Source of the DNA: Syntrophales bacterium | GTDB lineage: Bacteria; Desulfobacterota; Syntrophia; Syntrophales; PHBD01 | Assembly: GCA_963668175.1 (NCBI GenBank) | Contig: OY764159.1 | Location: forward strand, 1,408,001 to 1,472,000 | Direction of reading: 5' to 3' | Length of the DNA: 64,000 nt | Shown: piece by piece, positions 48,112 through 58,471 of the stretch | Numbering within the stretch: position 1 is the stretch's first letter | Layout of the letters: every line of letters starts with the position of its first letter | Made by a program: the position numbers and the translations under genes | The notes under the pieces: model-generated | The model's database searches: none | The model's input: only the letters and a program-made list of their open reading frames with translations | Told to the model about the DNA's origin: nothing

Positions 48112-49752
48112 ATGATCAAGGACATCCTTTTTTTTGCCGCCGGTCTTATGCTCTTCCTCTACGGCATGGCCAAGCTCGGGGAGGAAGTCCAGCGTTTTCT
48201 GACGATCCGTATCCGCGAATATATCCACACTGCCGTCAAAAGGCCCCTGAATGGCCTGTTGACAGGCATTGCCAGTACCATCTTTTTTCAGAGCAGTTCG
48301 GCCGTGACGGTAGTGACCATCGGGATGGTCAGCGCCGGTCTCATCAGTTTCCACCAGTCGCTCGCCATCATCCTGGGCGCCGACATCGGGACCACCCTGA
48401 CGGTCCAACTGGTCGTCTGGAAGATCACCGATATCGCTCCGGCGCTGATCCTGGCCGGAGGCGTGCTGTGGTTTACGGCCGGCGGCAGGGGAAAGGCCGC
48501 GGGGGAGGCCGTCTTCTTCTTCGGTCTCATCTTCTTCGGCCTGAATCTCATGGGTATGGCCACGGCGCCCCTGAAGGAGAACCCTGCGGTGATCGGCTTC
48601 TTTCGGGAAGCGGGGAATCCGCTGGTCGGGATTGCAGCGGGGGCGGTCTTTACGGCCCTCGTCCATTCCTCGCTGATTCCCATCAGCCTTCTCGTTATTC
48701 TGGCCCAGCAGGGACTGATTTCCATCGCATCGGCTCTTCCGATCGTCATCGGCGCCAATATCGGTACGACGGCAACGGCCCTGATGGCTGCGGCCACGGC
48801 CAATATCAGCGGCAAGAGAAGCGCCGCCGGGCATCTCCTTTTCAAAGTCGGAGGGGCCGCCGTCTGCGTGATCGCCTTCCCCGCCATGATCTCCGCCGTG
48901 AGGGCCTTTTCCGATTCGACAGCCCAGCAGATCGTCTTCGGCCATTTTCTCTTCAATGCCGTTGTCGTCGCGATCTTCATCTTTATCCTCAAGCCCTTCG
49001 CCCGGCTGATCGAAAGGTTGATACCCGGTCAGGCTTTCTTCTTCCCCCTCTGGCCGGAATTCCTCTCCGACAAGGACCTCGCCGATCCGGAGAAGGCCCT
49101 GGAGAATGTCCGGAAGGAACTGGAGAGGGAGATCCTGCTTACAAGAAGGATGTTCGAACAGTTCATGATGCTGGGCGATGCCTATAAAGAGGGCATTCGT
49201 TTAAACATGGCCTATATGGAGATGGTGATCGACAACCTTACGCGGGAAATCGTCCGCTACCTTTGGCGGGCCTCGTGCCGGGAGTTTTCGGGCGACCTGT
49301 CGCAGCGGCTGTTCAGTTACACGGCGATGGCGGACGACCTGGAACGCATCGGCGACCATGTTTCCAGCCTGGGATTCCTGGCCAGGGACCGGCACAAAAG
49401 GGGAATCGCCTTCAGTGTCCCCGGCACCATGGAGATGGCGGAGATCCAGCAGGCCGTCCTGGACAATCTCAACAGGGCTGTTTCTCTGATCGAACGCCGC
49501 GATGAGGCCGTCGTCCGTGCCATCAAATGCAGCGAAGAAGAGATCGACGGGATGGTCGAGCGTGCCCGGGAGAACCACAGGGTCCGTTTCCACAGGCGGG
49601 TCTGCCAGGCCGAGGCCGGGCCCATTTTCGTCGAGATGCTGATCCACCTGGAGAGAATATCCGACCATTGTGAGAATATCGCCGAATACGTCGAGGGAAT
49701 GAAAACGGCCCAGCGGCAGGAGAACTGCTTGACCGCCGAAGGAAGCACGTGA
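48112..49752 (+). CDS. Na+/phosphate cotransporter with PhoU-like C-terminal domains
   Basis: QSSSA, GADIGTT and GANIGTT repeats, two LERI(G/S)DH PhoU motifs. Confidence 0.92.
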   Translation: MIKDILFFAAGLMLFLYGMAKLGEEVQRFLTIRIREYIHTAVKRPLNGLLTGIASTIFFQSSSAVTVVTIGMVSAGLISFHQSLAIILGADIGTTLTVQLVVWKITDIAPALILAGGVLWFTAGGRGKAAGEAVFFFGLIFFGLNLMGMATAPLKENPAVIGFFREAGNPLVGIAAGAVFTALVHSSLIPISLLVILAQQGLISIASALPIVIGANIGTTATALMAAATANISGKRSAAGHLLFKVGGAAVCVIAFPAMISAVRAFSDSTAQQIVFGHFLFNAVVVAIFIFILKPFARLIERLIPGQAFFFPLWPEFLSDKDLADPEKALENVRKELEREILLTRRMFEQFMMLGDAYKEGIRLNMAYMEMVIDNLTREIVRYLWRASCREFSGDLSQRLFSYTAMADDLERIGDHVSSLGFLARDRHKRGIAFSVPGTMEMAEIQQAVLDNLNRAVSLIERRDEAVVRAIKCSEEEIDGMVERARENHRVRFHRRVCQAEAGPIFVEMLIHLERISDHCENIAEYVEGMKTAQRQENCLTAEGST

Positions 49753-49790
49753 TATTTTTTATGTCATATTCCATGCCGAGGAGGTATGTC

Positions 49791-50309
49791 ATGAAGGAAC
49801 GGGTTGATGCTTTGAAAGTGGCGCTGGACAACGAACTTAACGAGCATAAATTTTACCTGAAGCACGCGGAAAGAACGACCAATCCCGCCGGTCGGGCCAT
49901 GTTCAAACAGATTGCCTCCGAGGAGATGGAGCACTACGAGGCCCTGAAGCAGATATCCGAATCCTGGAGCAAGGACGGAAAGTGGCCCGGTACCGTTTCG
50001 GCGAAGGTCAAGGGAACGGTCGTGAAAGACGTCCTCAAGGGTCTGCTCAAGCAGTCGGACAAACTCCCGCGCGGCGACAAGGACGACGTGGAAGCAATCC
50101 GCGTGGCCATCGATTTCGAGGCCGAGGGCTGCGCCTATTACGCAAAGCTCCGGGACGCCTCGACCGACCCGGCCGAAAAGGCCTTTTTCAACCTGATGGC
50201 CGACATCGAGCATGAACATTACGTTTCCCTCAAGGAGACGGAGGAACTTTTTGTGGACCCGGCCCAGTGGTTCCGCAGCCACGAAAGGGGCGGCCTGGAC
50301 GGGGCGTGA
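49791..50309 (+). CDS. Ferritin-like (rubrerythrin diiron domain only) protein
   Basis: AL..E....FY...EE.EH repeated twice; GAGGAGG RBS. Confidence 0.85.
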   Translation: MKERVDALKVALDNELNEHKFYLKHAERTTNPAGRAMFKQIASEEMEHYEALKQISESWSKDGKWPGTVSAKVKGTVVKDVLKGLLKQSDKLPRGDKDDVEAIRVAIDFEAEGCAYYAKLRDASTDPAEKAFFNLMADIEHEHYVSLKETEELFVDPAQWFRSHERGGLDGA

Positions 50310-50380
50310 CGGATTAAGGGTGTCTTTGAGAAGTTGTTGGAGGGAGCGGCAGATACAACCTGCTTCTTGCTCTTGGCTTC

Positions 50381-53300
50381 TCAGCCGTTCCCGGTTTTGC
50401 CCAACGCCCGGCCGACGGTCTGGGCCAGGTCACGGAGGGAGACCGGCTTCATGATGAAGGCGCGGATACCGATCTGCCTGGCTTCGGATTCGGTCAGCGT
50501 TTCGTGGGGTCCCGCCGTGATGATAATGGGGAGCCGAGGCCGGATCCGCAGCATCTGCATGGCCAGATTGATCCCGGATATGTTCGGCATATCGGCGTCC
50601 GCGAGGACCAAGTCGAACCTGTCGGGATTGGACCGCAGGGTTTCCAGGGCGTCCAGGCTGCGGCATCGCATCGTGACGTCGTAACCCAGGGAAGCCAGCA
50701 TATCCCGGACCACGGCCGCCGGAGACTCTTCGTCGTCGACGATGAGGATGTGTCCGGATCCGCAGGGGATGATTTCGGTGTCTCCCTTTGTCTCGCCTCC
50801 GCCCGCATCGGTCAGGGGAAGGTAAACATCGAAAACGGAGCCCTTGCCGGATTCGCTGCTCACGCGAACCGCCCCGCCGTGGTTCCTGACGATCCCGTAA
50901 ACCACCGACAAACCCAGCCCCGTTCCCTCGCCCAATTCCTTGGTCGTGAAGAAGGGATCGAAGATTTTATCCATAATGGACGGGTGGATTCCGTGGCCCG
51001 TGTCGCCGACCGTGATTTTCAGATACGGCCCCTCTTTCAGGTCGGGAATGGATTCGCGCCTGCCGGCGGCCATCTCCTCCCTGTCCAAGGAGATCGTCAG
51101 GACCCCGCCCGTTTGCCGCATCGCATGGGCCGCGTTCGTGCAGAGATTCAGCAGGACCTGGTGGATCTGCGTGGCATCCGCCAGGACCGTATCGGGGCCG
51201 GGCGAAAGGTTCAGCCTGACGTCGATACCGGCCGGCAGCGAAGGTTTGATCAATTTGACGGTCTCGCTGATGAGGGGGGTGACGAGAATGGGGTTTTTTT
51301 CATGTTCTTTTCGGCGGCTGAACGTCAGAATCTGGTTGACGAGGTCTCTCGCCCTTTCGCAGGCGGTGAGAACGTGTTCCAGATAGGGATGGATCTTCTC
51401 GTCGCCGGTCTTGAATTTCGCGAGTCCCGTATAACCCATCACTGCGCCCAGGATGTTGTTGAAATCGTGCGCGATGCCCCCTGCCAGGGTGCCGATGGCC
51501 TCCATTTTCTGGACCTGGAGGAGATGGGCCTCCATCTGCTTCCGCTGGGTGATGTCGTCGACCGTGCCCTCCAGATAGGCGACCTCTCCCCCGGGAAGGC
51601 GGACGGCATGGCAATTGATGGAAATCCAGAGACGCTTGCCGTCTTGCCGGGCTATTTGTGTTTCGACGCCTTCGATATGGCCGTGCGTTTCGAGAAGATT
51701 CAGGATGCGCCTCCTGTCTCTCGGGTCGGCATAAACCCGTTCGTCCAGGTTGCCGATGTGGGTCATCAAGTCCTCCGGCGAGGCGTAACCGAACATCCTG
51801 GCCAGAGACGGATTGACGCTCAGCAACCGCCCTTTCGGCGTCGTCTGAAAGATGCCTTCCGTTGCATTCTCGAAGATGTGGCGGTACTTCTCCTCGCTCT
51901 TCTGGAGTGCTTTCAGGGCATTTTTATAGGCCGTTATGTCCGTGGAGACGCCCAGAACGGCCTTGCCCCCCGTCGGGGCGACGGCAACGGGAATCTTGGT
52001 GGTCTGCAGGATGCGGGTGCGTCCGGCGGCATCCGTAATCGTCTCCTCCGGTATCTCTTTGGCCCGACCCGATTCCATGATGAAGAGGTCGTCTTTCAGG
52101 AAATGGTCCACTTCGGACCGGTTGGGATTGACATCCGCATCGGTCTTGCCGGTCAGGTTTCGGACCGTTGTTCCGAAGGCCTCGGCTACGGCCTTGTTGG
52201 CCAGAATGAAACGCCCTTCGCGGTCTTTGGCAAAAATGAAATGGGGGACGAGATCGATGACCTGGCGCAGCCACGCTTCGCTTGCCCGCAGCGCCTCTTC
52301 CGCCCGGCGGCGGTCCGTGATGTCCAGAAGCGTGCCGATGACGGCCGGCTTCCCCTGGTAAACGGTCAGTGAACTGTAAACTTCTACATGGCGGGCTTTA
52401 CCGGCGCCGGTCCGTATCCGGAATTCGTACTGAAGTGAAACGATTTCCCCGGAGATCCTCTTTCGTAAATTCTCCAGGACCAGAGATTGATCGTCGGGAT
52501 GGATCACTTCCTCCACCCGCATTTTGCCGGCCATGTCTTCGACCCTGTAGCCGAGTATGTCGGCAAACTTGGCGTTGACGTACTGAAAAGTGCCGTCCTG
52601 GACAAGATAGACTCCGGCAACGGATTTTTCGGCCAGGTTCCGGAATTTTCCTTCCGATTCCAAAAGGACCGTCTCCGCTTTCTTGCGCTCGGTGATATCG
52701 ATGACCGTTCCGCGGAAGCCTGTCATCACTCCGTCGCGGACGACGGGACTGACAAAGGCGATGGCGGGAAAGGTCGTGCCGTCTTTCCGGGCAAGGGTGT
52801 ACTCGGCCGACCTGACCATTTCCCCCCTGGTCAGTTTCGCCAGATCGGAGGCAAATTTGTCCATTTCGTCCGGAGGGATGACCGTACGGATGTTCCTGAT
52901 GCCCCTCTTGAGATCTTGCGTACCGTATCCGAAAACATCGAGACTCATGAGATTGAGAAACACCGCATCGCCGTTGAGGTCGAATTCAAAAACAGGCTGG
53001 GGCAGGAGATTCGCCAGGTCCCGAAACCGTTTCTCGCTTATGCGGAGCGCCTCCTCGGCCTTTGCCCTCATGATCGATGTTCCGATCTGGGCGGCGACGG
53101 CCTCCAGCGCATGTCTGCTCCGGGCCGGTATGCTGTCGGCGTTGCGGGATGCGAGGGCAAACGCTCCGATGACCTTGCCCCGGCTGTGGATCGGAATCAT
53201 GGCCTTGGCGCGGAAACCTTCTTCCTGCATGATATCCTTAAGATAAACCGTCCGATCGTTCGTATCGAGGTAGCGGGGCACCCCTTTCATGACAAAGGGG

Positions 53301-54046
53301 ACGATCTCCGCTCCCGCGGCGATGCGCCTGGTCCGCTCGGCAAAGCCCTCGGAGATGCCCCGCATGCAGGCCATGTCCAGGTCCCCGCTGTTCGGATCGA
53401 TCATATAGATAGCGCCGACGTCCAGGTCCCCCGCCTCCATGGCGCATTCCAGGCAGAGATTGAGGGCGTCGTCGAGGGACGTCGTCTCGGCCAGGGCGAG
53501 TCCCAGGTCGCGCTGGGCCGTCACGATGCGCTCCGACCATTTGCGCTCGGTGATGTCCATGATGACCCCTCTCAGGCCGATGCTCCTGTCCCCACGGATG
53601 ATCGGGCTTGAGAAGGTCAAGGCGGGAAAAGTGCTGCCGTCCTTGCGTCTGAAATTGTAATCCCTGGCCCCGGAGAGTTCCCCGTTCTGCATTTTGTCGA
53701 TATTGGCAAGGGAAAAGGTTGAGTCTCCCGGCGGGATCAGGTCCAGTATGTTGATTCCCCGGTTGAAATCCTCACGCGTGTAGCCGAAAAGCTGAAGGCC
53801 GATATCGTTCGTGAAGGTGATGCGCCCTTCCCGGTCGCATTCATAAATGGTCAACGGCAGCAGGGCGATGAGGTCGCGGAATTTCTTTTCGTTTTCCCGA
53901 AGCGCCGCCTCCGTCTTCTTACGTTCGGCGATTTCCTCCGAAAGCGACCGGTTGGCGTCGACGAGTTCCATGGTCCGCTTGGCCACCATTTCCTGCAATT
54001 CGGCATTCATGCGTTGCATGTCTTCGTCTTTGGTCGTGTATGGCAT
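50381..54046 (-). CDS. Cytoplasmic hybrid histidine kinase (multiple PAS, GAF, HisKA, HATPase, REC)
   Basis: Repeated PAS/PAC ends (DITERK), [53 protein letters not shown]...D..MP...KP. Confidence 0.93.
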   Translation of the reverse strand: MPYTTKDEDMQRMNAELQEMVAKRTMELVDANRSLSEEIAERKKTEAALRENEKKFRDLIALLPLTIYECDREGRITFTNDIGLQLFGYTREDFNRGINILDLIPPGDSTFSLANIDKMQNGELSGARDYNFRRKDGSTFPALTFSSPIIRGDRSIGLRGVIMDITERKWSERIVTAQRDLGLALAETTSLDDALNLCLECAMEAGDLDVGAIYMIDPNSGDLDMACMRGISEGFAERTRRIAAGAEIVPFVMKGVPRYLDTNDRTVYLKDIMQEEGFRAKAMIPIHSRGKVIGAFALASRNADSIPARSRHALEAVAAQIGTSIMRAKAEEALRISEKRFRDLANLLPQPVFEFDLNGDAVFLNLMSLDVFGYGTQDLKRGIRNIRTVIPPDEMDKFASDLAKLTRGEMVRSAEYTLARKDGTTFPAIAFVSPVVRDGVMTGFRGTVIDITERKKAETVLLESEGKFRNLAEKSVAGVYLVQDGTFQYVNAKFADILGYRVEDMAGKMRVEEVIHPDDQSLVLENLRKRISGEIVSLQYEFRIRTGAGKARHVEVYSSLTVYQGKPAVIGTLLDITDRRRAEEALRASEAWLRQVIDLVPHFIFAKDREGRFILANKAVAEAFGTTVRNLTGKTDADVNPNRSEVDHFLKDDLFIMESGRAKEIPEETITDAAGRTRILQTTKIPVAVAPTGGKAVLGVSTDITAYKNALKALQKSEEKYRHIFENATEGIFQTTPKGRLLSVNPSLARMFGYASPEDLMTHIGNLDERVYADPRDRRRILNLLETHGHIEGVETQIARQDGKRLWISINCHAVRLPGGEVAYLEGTVDDITQRKQMEAHLLQVQKMEAIGTLAGGIAHDFNNILGAVMGYTGLAKFKTGDEKIHPYLEHVLTACERARDLVNQILTFSRRKEHEKNPILVTPLISETVKLIKPSLPAGIDVRLNLSPGPDTVLADATQIHQVLLNLCTNAAHAMRQTGGVLTISLDREEMAAGRRESIPDLKEGPYLKITVGDTGHGIHPSIMDKIFDPFFTTKELGEGTGLGLSVVYGIVRNHGGAVRVSSESGKGSVFDVYLPLTDAGGGETKGDTEIIPCGSGHILIVDDEESPAAVVRDMLASLGYDVTMRCRSLDALETLRSNPDRFDLVLADADMPNISGINLAMQMLRIRPRLPIIITAGPHETLTESEARQIGIRAFIMKPVSLRDLAQTVGRALGKTGNG

Positions 54047-54432
54047 AGAGGGGCTTCTCCAGAGTAAGAACAAGGATAATAAGTGACCAAAATAGTCCTA
54101 AAAAACACTTAATATAATTAAAATAACAATATGCATTTGTCAATCAATATATAATAAACGTTTTACAAAAGGTTTGAAATATGTCAAAAAAGGGCCGGTA
54201 AAAGTCGATATCGTATGGCGTCTTAGTACGCTTGGCGGGACGGAGTGAGAACATTTGGTCTTTACCGTTTTTGATTTCAGGGAAAGCTCCGGAGTCTTGA
54301 CTAACTTACAGGGCATGGTTAAATTAGCGGTCAATCGGCCGTTGGGTGCCGTCATCCGGGTCATGAGGATGTTGATGCATGCCTCAGACGCGTGGTAGAA
54401 GCGATTTCGCAACCGAGGAGGGCATAAAATTC

Positions 54433-55881
54433 ATGTTCGAGAAGAGAAGAATGGCCAAAAGCGCAATATTGGTCGTCGCAGGCGTTGTCATGGGGCTCAT
54501 CATCTCGTCGAATTTTAATCTGTTTACAACCGGGTACACGGAAGAGGCGAAGATATCGAAAGATGCCGTGGACCTTTTGACCAGGATCAATGAAGCGACG
54601 GCGGAGGTTGCCGGAGCGGTGAAGCCCGCCGTCGTCAACATCGCTTCGACCAAAACGGTCCATATGCGCGGTATGAGCTCCCCGTTCGACGATCCGTTCT
54701 TCCGGCAGTTCTTCGGCGACCAGTTCCGCCAACACAATCAGCCGAGGGACTATAAACAGTCGGGAATGGGGTCGGGCGTGATCGTCGAGAAAAACGGTTA
54801 CATCCTCACGAACAATCATGTGATTAAGGACGCCGACGACATCAAGGTGAGATTGTCCGACAAGCGGGTCTTCAAGGGCAAGATCGTCGGGGCGGACCCC
54901 AAGACGGATCTGGCGGTCATCAAGATCGACGCCGGCAATCTGCCGGTCGTGAAACTGGGCGATTCGGATAAGCTGCGGGTCGGCGACCGTGTGATTGCCA
55001 TAGGAAACCCTTTCGGTCTGAACCAGACGGTAACGACGGGGATCATCAGCGCCAAGGGCCGGGCCGACGTCGGCATCGCCGATTATGAAGACTTTATCCA
55101 GACGGATGCCGCCATCAATCCGGGCAATTCGGGAGGGGCGCTCGTCAATGTCAAGGGAGAACTGATCGGGATCAACACGGCCATCCTTAGTTCTACGGGG
55201 GGCAATCAGGGCGTCGGTTTTGCCATTCCGAGCAATATGGTCAAGACGGTCATGGCCAGCCTGATCAAGAGCGGCAAGGTCGTCAGGGGGTGGCTGGGGG
55301 TCTCCATTCAGCCCATCACGGCCGATCTTGCCAAGCAGCTTGGACTCAAAGAGGAAAGAGGGGCTCTAGTTGCGGATGTCATGGAGGGCAGTCCCGCCGA
55401 GAGGGCCGGGTTGCAGAGAGGGGATGTCGTTACGGAATTCGACGGCAAGGCCGTCGGCGACGCCACGGCCCTGAAGAACATGGTGGCCGCGACCCCGCCG
55501 GGCAAAGACGCGACGGTTAAATTCATCCGGGACGGGGCAGTCAAGACGGTGAAGGCATCCATCCAGGAACTGCCGGTCCAGGCCCAGATCGCCGCCAAGT
55601 ATGAAAATCAGCTGAAGGGCGTGTCCGTCCAGAATCTGACGCCGGAAATCAGGCGGGCGATAGGGATTCCGGGCAAGGTGGCGGGCGTGATCGTGAGCGA
55701 TGTCGACGAGTCGAGTCCAGTGGCGGGTGTCCTGGCCCAGGGCGACGTCATCATGGAGATCAACAAGAAAAAGATCAGCAATGTCAAGGATTACGAGACA
55801 ACCGTCGCGAGGATCAAGGCGGGCCAGAATATCCTGGTCCTGGTTTACAGAAACGGATCGACAACTTACATAACCCTGTAG
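54433..55881 (+). CDS. degP: DegP/DegQ (HtrA) serine protease with two PDZ domains
   Basis: GSGVI, TNNHV, TDLAVIK, IQTDAAINPGNSGG, RGWLGV. Confidence 0.95.
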   Translation: MFEKRRMAKSAILVVAGVVMGLIISSNFNLFTTGYTEEAKISKDAVDLLTRINEATAEVAGAVKPAVVNIASTKTVHMRGMSSPFDDPFFRQFFGDQFRQHNQPRDYKQSGMGSGVIVEKNGYILTNNHVIKDADDIKVRLSDKRVFKGKIVGADPKTDLAVIKIDAGNLPVVKLGDSDKLRVGDRVIAIGNPFGLNQTVTTGIISAKGRADVGIADYEDFIQTDAAINPGNSGGALVNVKGELIGINTAILSSTGGNQGVGFAIPSNMVKTVMASLIKSGKVVRGWLGVSIQPITADLAKQLGLKEERGALVADVMEGSPAERAGLQRGDVVTEFDGKAVGDATALKNMVAATPPGKDATVKFIRDGAVKTVKASIQELPVQAQIAAKYENQLKGVSVQNLTPEIRRAIGIPGKVAGVIVSDVDESSPVAGVLAQGDVIMEINKKKISNVKDYETTVARIKAGQNILVLVYRNGSTTYITL

Positions 55882-55888
55882 CATACCG

Positions 55889-55934
55889 CGTCGGCGGCCG
55901 TGAAATAATGCGGGCCGCCGACGTATCGATTTTT
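55889..55934 (+). terminator. Putative terminator after degP
   Basis: CGTCGGCGGCC...GGCCGCCGACG followed by TATCGATTTTT. Confidence 0.55.
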
Positions 55935-56041
55935 CTCCCCTCCATTTGCATTCTTCATTTCATCCTGCGGTCGCCCCCTGGGCGGTCTACGGAGGCACAA
56001 GGATAAGCCCCTTTCGCGTCAGCCGTCCTTGCATCTTGTTG

Positions 56042-56070
56042 TTGACTCGCGCGGATCTTCTTCCTATACT
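56042..56070 (+). promoter_or_regulatory. Near-consensus sigma70 promoter for the PAS-LuxR gene
   Basis: TTGACT-N17-TATACT. Confidence 0.65.
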
Positions 56071-56156
56071 GCACATACAACAATCATCGTCGGATAGGTG
56101 GGGCGGGAAATGCCCGCCTTCGAAGGGGAGAACATTACGTTCGGGGGGGTGATGAT

Positions 56157-57494
56157 ATGTCTTCCAGAAATGGCACCAAGGCACTCGAGGAACGGGTCCG
56201 GGAACTGGAAAAGGAGTCGGAGAAGCACGAGCAGGGCGAGGTGGCCCTCCGGCAGAGTGAGCAGCTTTTCCGGACTCTGTTTGAGAAATCCTTTGCCGGC
56301 ATATACGTCGTTCAGGGGGGGGTGTTCCGCTACGTCAATGCCAACGCGGCATCCTATGCCGGTCTGACGATGGAAGAACTTACGGGCATGCGTGCCGACA
56401 GCATCGTCCATCCCGACGACAGGCTCGCCGTCAAGAAAAGCGCCCGGGCCATCCTTCAGGGCGCCACATCGTCGCCGCACGAATTCCGGATCATCACCAA
56501 GGACGGTCGCATCCGCTGGATACTGGAAACGGTGTCGGCGATCTATTACGAAGGCAGCCCCGCGATTCTGGGCAATTCCATGGATATCACCGATTCGCGG
56601 CGGATCCAGGAAGCCCTCCGGGAATCGGAGAGGCGCCTGGCCGACATCATCGAATTCCTCCCGGACGCAACCTTCGCCATCGACCAAAGCAGCGTCGTCA
56701 TCGCCTGGAATCGGGCCATGGAAGACATGTCCGGGCTCCCGGCGTCGCAGATTATGGGCAAGGGCGACTACGAGTACGCGCTTCCCTTTTACGGCATGCG
56801 GCGCCCCATCCTGATCGATCTCGTCCTCAGGCCCGACGCGGCCATCGAGAACGAATACTTGATTCTAAAGAAGGAAAAAGATCTCCTCATCATCGAAACG
56901 GATGGCACCCGGGTGAAGGGCCGCAAAGCTTACCTGTGGGCGAAAGCCAGTCCCCTGTATGACAGCAAGGGGGCCGTCGTGGGGGCGATCGAGACGATCA
57001 GGGATATCACGGACCGAAAACTGGCGGAAGCGGCGGTCGAAAAGAGAGGCCGTGAGCTGGAGCGGAAGACCCATGAGCTTGAGGAACTGAACGCCGCTCT
57101 GCGTGTCCTTCTCAAATGCCGGGAAGAGGACAAGAACGAACTTGAGGAACGGATGCTCCTCAATATCGAAAAGCTCGTCCTGCCCTATCTGGAGAAGCTG
57201 AAGAAGGGCCGGCTGGCCGCGAACGATGCGGTCCATCTCAAGATCCTCGAATCCAATCTGAGGGATATCGTTTCGCCCTTTACACGCAAGCTGTCGACGA
57301 AGTTCCAGAGCTTCACATCGAAGGAACTGCAGCTCGCGAACTTCATCAAGGAAGGATTAACCAGCAAGGAGATCGCCGAACTCCTCAATATTTCGCCCAA
57401 TGCCGTCAACATCTACCGTCATCGGATCAGGAAGAAGATAGGCCTGAACGACAACAAGCATAACCTCGAAGCCTATCTCTCCGGCCTCTCTTAA
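56157..57494 (+). CDS. PAS-PAS-coiled coil-LuxR HTH transcriptional regulator
   Basis: Two PAS/PAC domains and C-terminal FTSKE...GLTSKEIAELLNIS...HRIRKK; no REC domain. Confidence 0.9.
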   Translation: MSSRNGTKALEERVRELEKESEKHEQGEVALRQSEQLFRTLFEKSFAGIYVVQGGVFRYVNANAASYAGLTMEELTGMRADSIVHPDDRLAVKKSARAILQGATSSPHEFRIITKDGRIRWILETVSAIYYEGSPAILGNSMDITDSRRIQEALRESERRLADIIEFLPDATFAIDQSSVVIAWNRAMEDMSGLPASQIMGKGDYEYALPFYGMRRPILIDLVLRPDAAIENEYLILKKEKDLLIIETDGTRVKGRKAYLWAKASPLYDSKGAVVGAIETIRDITDRKLAEAAVEKRGRELERKTHELEELNAALRVLLKCREEDKNELEERMLLNIEKLVLPYLEKLKKGRLAANDAVHLKILESNLRDIVSPFTRKLSTKFQSFTSKELQLANFIKEGLTSKEIAELLNISPNAVNIYRHRIRKKIGLNDNKHNLEAYLSGLS

Positions 57495-57568
57495 AATTTC
57501 ACAAAATGAAATTTTCAGTAAATATTATTTGATATTGATATATCCCGCCAATAGCTTACAATTCCACC

Positions 57569-57778
57569 ATCGACATGATGTAAATCGTTCTTCTACAAGA
57601 CCTTGCGAAGTTCAAAAGATCGTCCACTGGAGAGGTAGGGTCAGTCGCCTCCCTCCTCTTAGCAAGGGGCTGAATCCGCGTTCAGCCCCTTCCTTAAAAA
57701 ATAATCAACGGATTCTTCGTGTTGTCGTGTTGTCGCAGGGGACCGGGCCTAACGCCACCCGGTCCCACTCCTTTTTTT
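57569..57778 (+). ncRNA. Candidate sRNA between convergent PAS-LuxR and cheD genes
   Basis: TTGATA-N16-TACAAT (57535-57562), three stem-loops, final T7 tract, no credible ORF; not matched to any family I recognise. Confidence 0.35.
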
Positions 57779-57781
57779 CCA

Positions 57782-58381
57782 TTACGTCCAGAAGTCGATC
57801 CTGTTCAAAATCCGGTTGCGGTTTTCGACGGACTGCCGGACGATCAGTCTTTCCCTGTCGGCAATCCCGGGGCTTTTCGCCTTGGGGATTTTTCGTACCT
57901 GAACCGAATAATCCACGGACGAGAAACGGATAACCCTTCCCTGATCGCCCCCCATGTCGCCGGCGACGATCGGTATGCCTCTTTCCCTCAGGAATTCCGA
58001 GATAAAACGGCGATTTCCGTCGCCTACGGTCGATAAGATATCCGTCTCGGTTGACGTATTGAAGAAGGAGCTGCCGCCGAAGACCTTGGCCCTGAGGTTG
58101 AACCGTTCCGCACCCAGTCTGATCATGCCGTCGATCACCAGTTCCATGGCCGAGTTGCCGTACCGGCCGGCTTCGGCGGCGGGGACGGGAGGGCCTTGCG
58201 GATAAGCGTTGGCGCTGAGGAGGAAATGGTTCATGCCGACGACGCGCTTCACCGGATCGTACAGACACGCAGAGATGCACGAGCCGAGCAGCGTCGATAT
58301 GATCACGCGGTCCCGTGAGCAATGGTATTCCCCGGGTTGGATAGTGACATGCATGGTTCTCTGCGCATCATGGCTGGTCAT
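57782..58381 (-). CDS. cheD: Chemoreceptor glutamine deamidase CheD
   Basis: IQPGEY, STLLGSCISACLYD, GMNHFLL, GRYG..AME, AKVFGG, VG..N, D.GG..GR. Confidence 0.92.
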   Translation of the reverse strand: MTSHDAQRTMHVTIQPGEYHCSRDRVIISTLLGSCISACLYDPVKRVVGMNHFLLSANAYPQGPPVPAAEAGRYGNSAMELVIDGMIRLGAERFNLRAKVFGGSSFFNTSTETDILSTVGDGNRRFISEFLRERGIPIVAGDMGGDQGRVIRFSSVDYSVQVRKIPKAKSPGIADRERLIVRQSVENRNRILNRIDFWT

Positions 58382-58471
58382 GTTTAATCTTCCGGCGGAT
58401 GGAGCCCGGCCGGCGGCGCAGGCCGCCCCCGCCCGGGCGCGCAATGAAACCGATCCTGTATTACGGCAGGG

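Noticed and set aside
57529..57933. 134-aa + strand ORF in the LuxR-cheD gap
   Set aside because: No RBS, TTG start, overlaps cheD antisense, crosses strong hairpins, and lacks protein-like composition.
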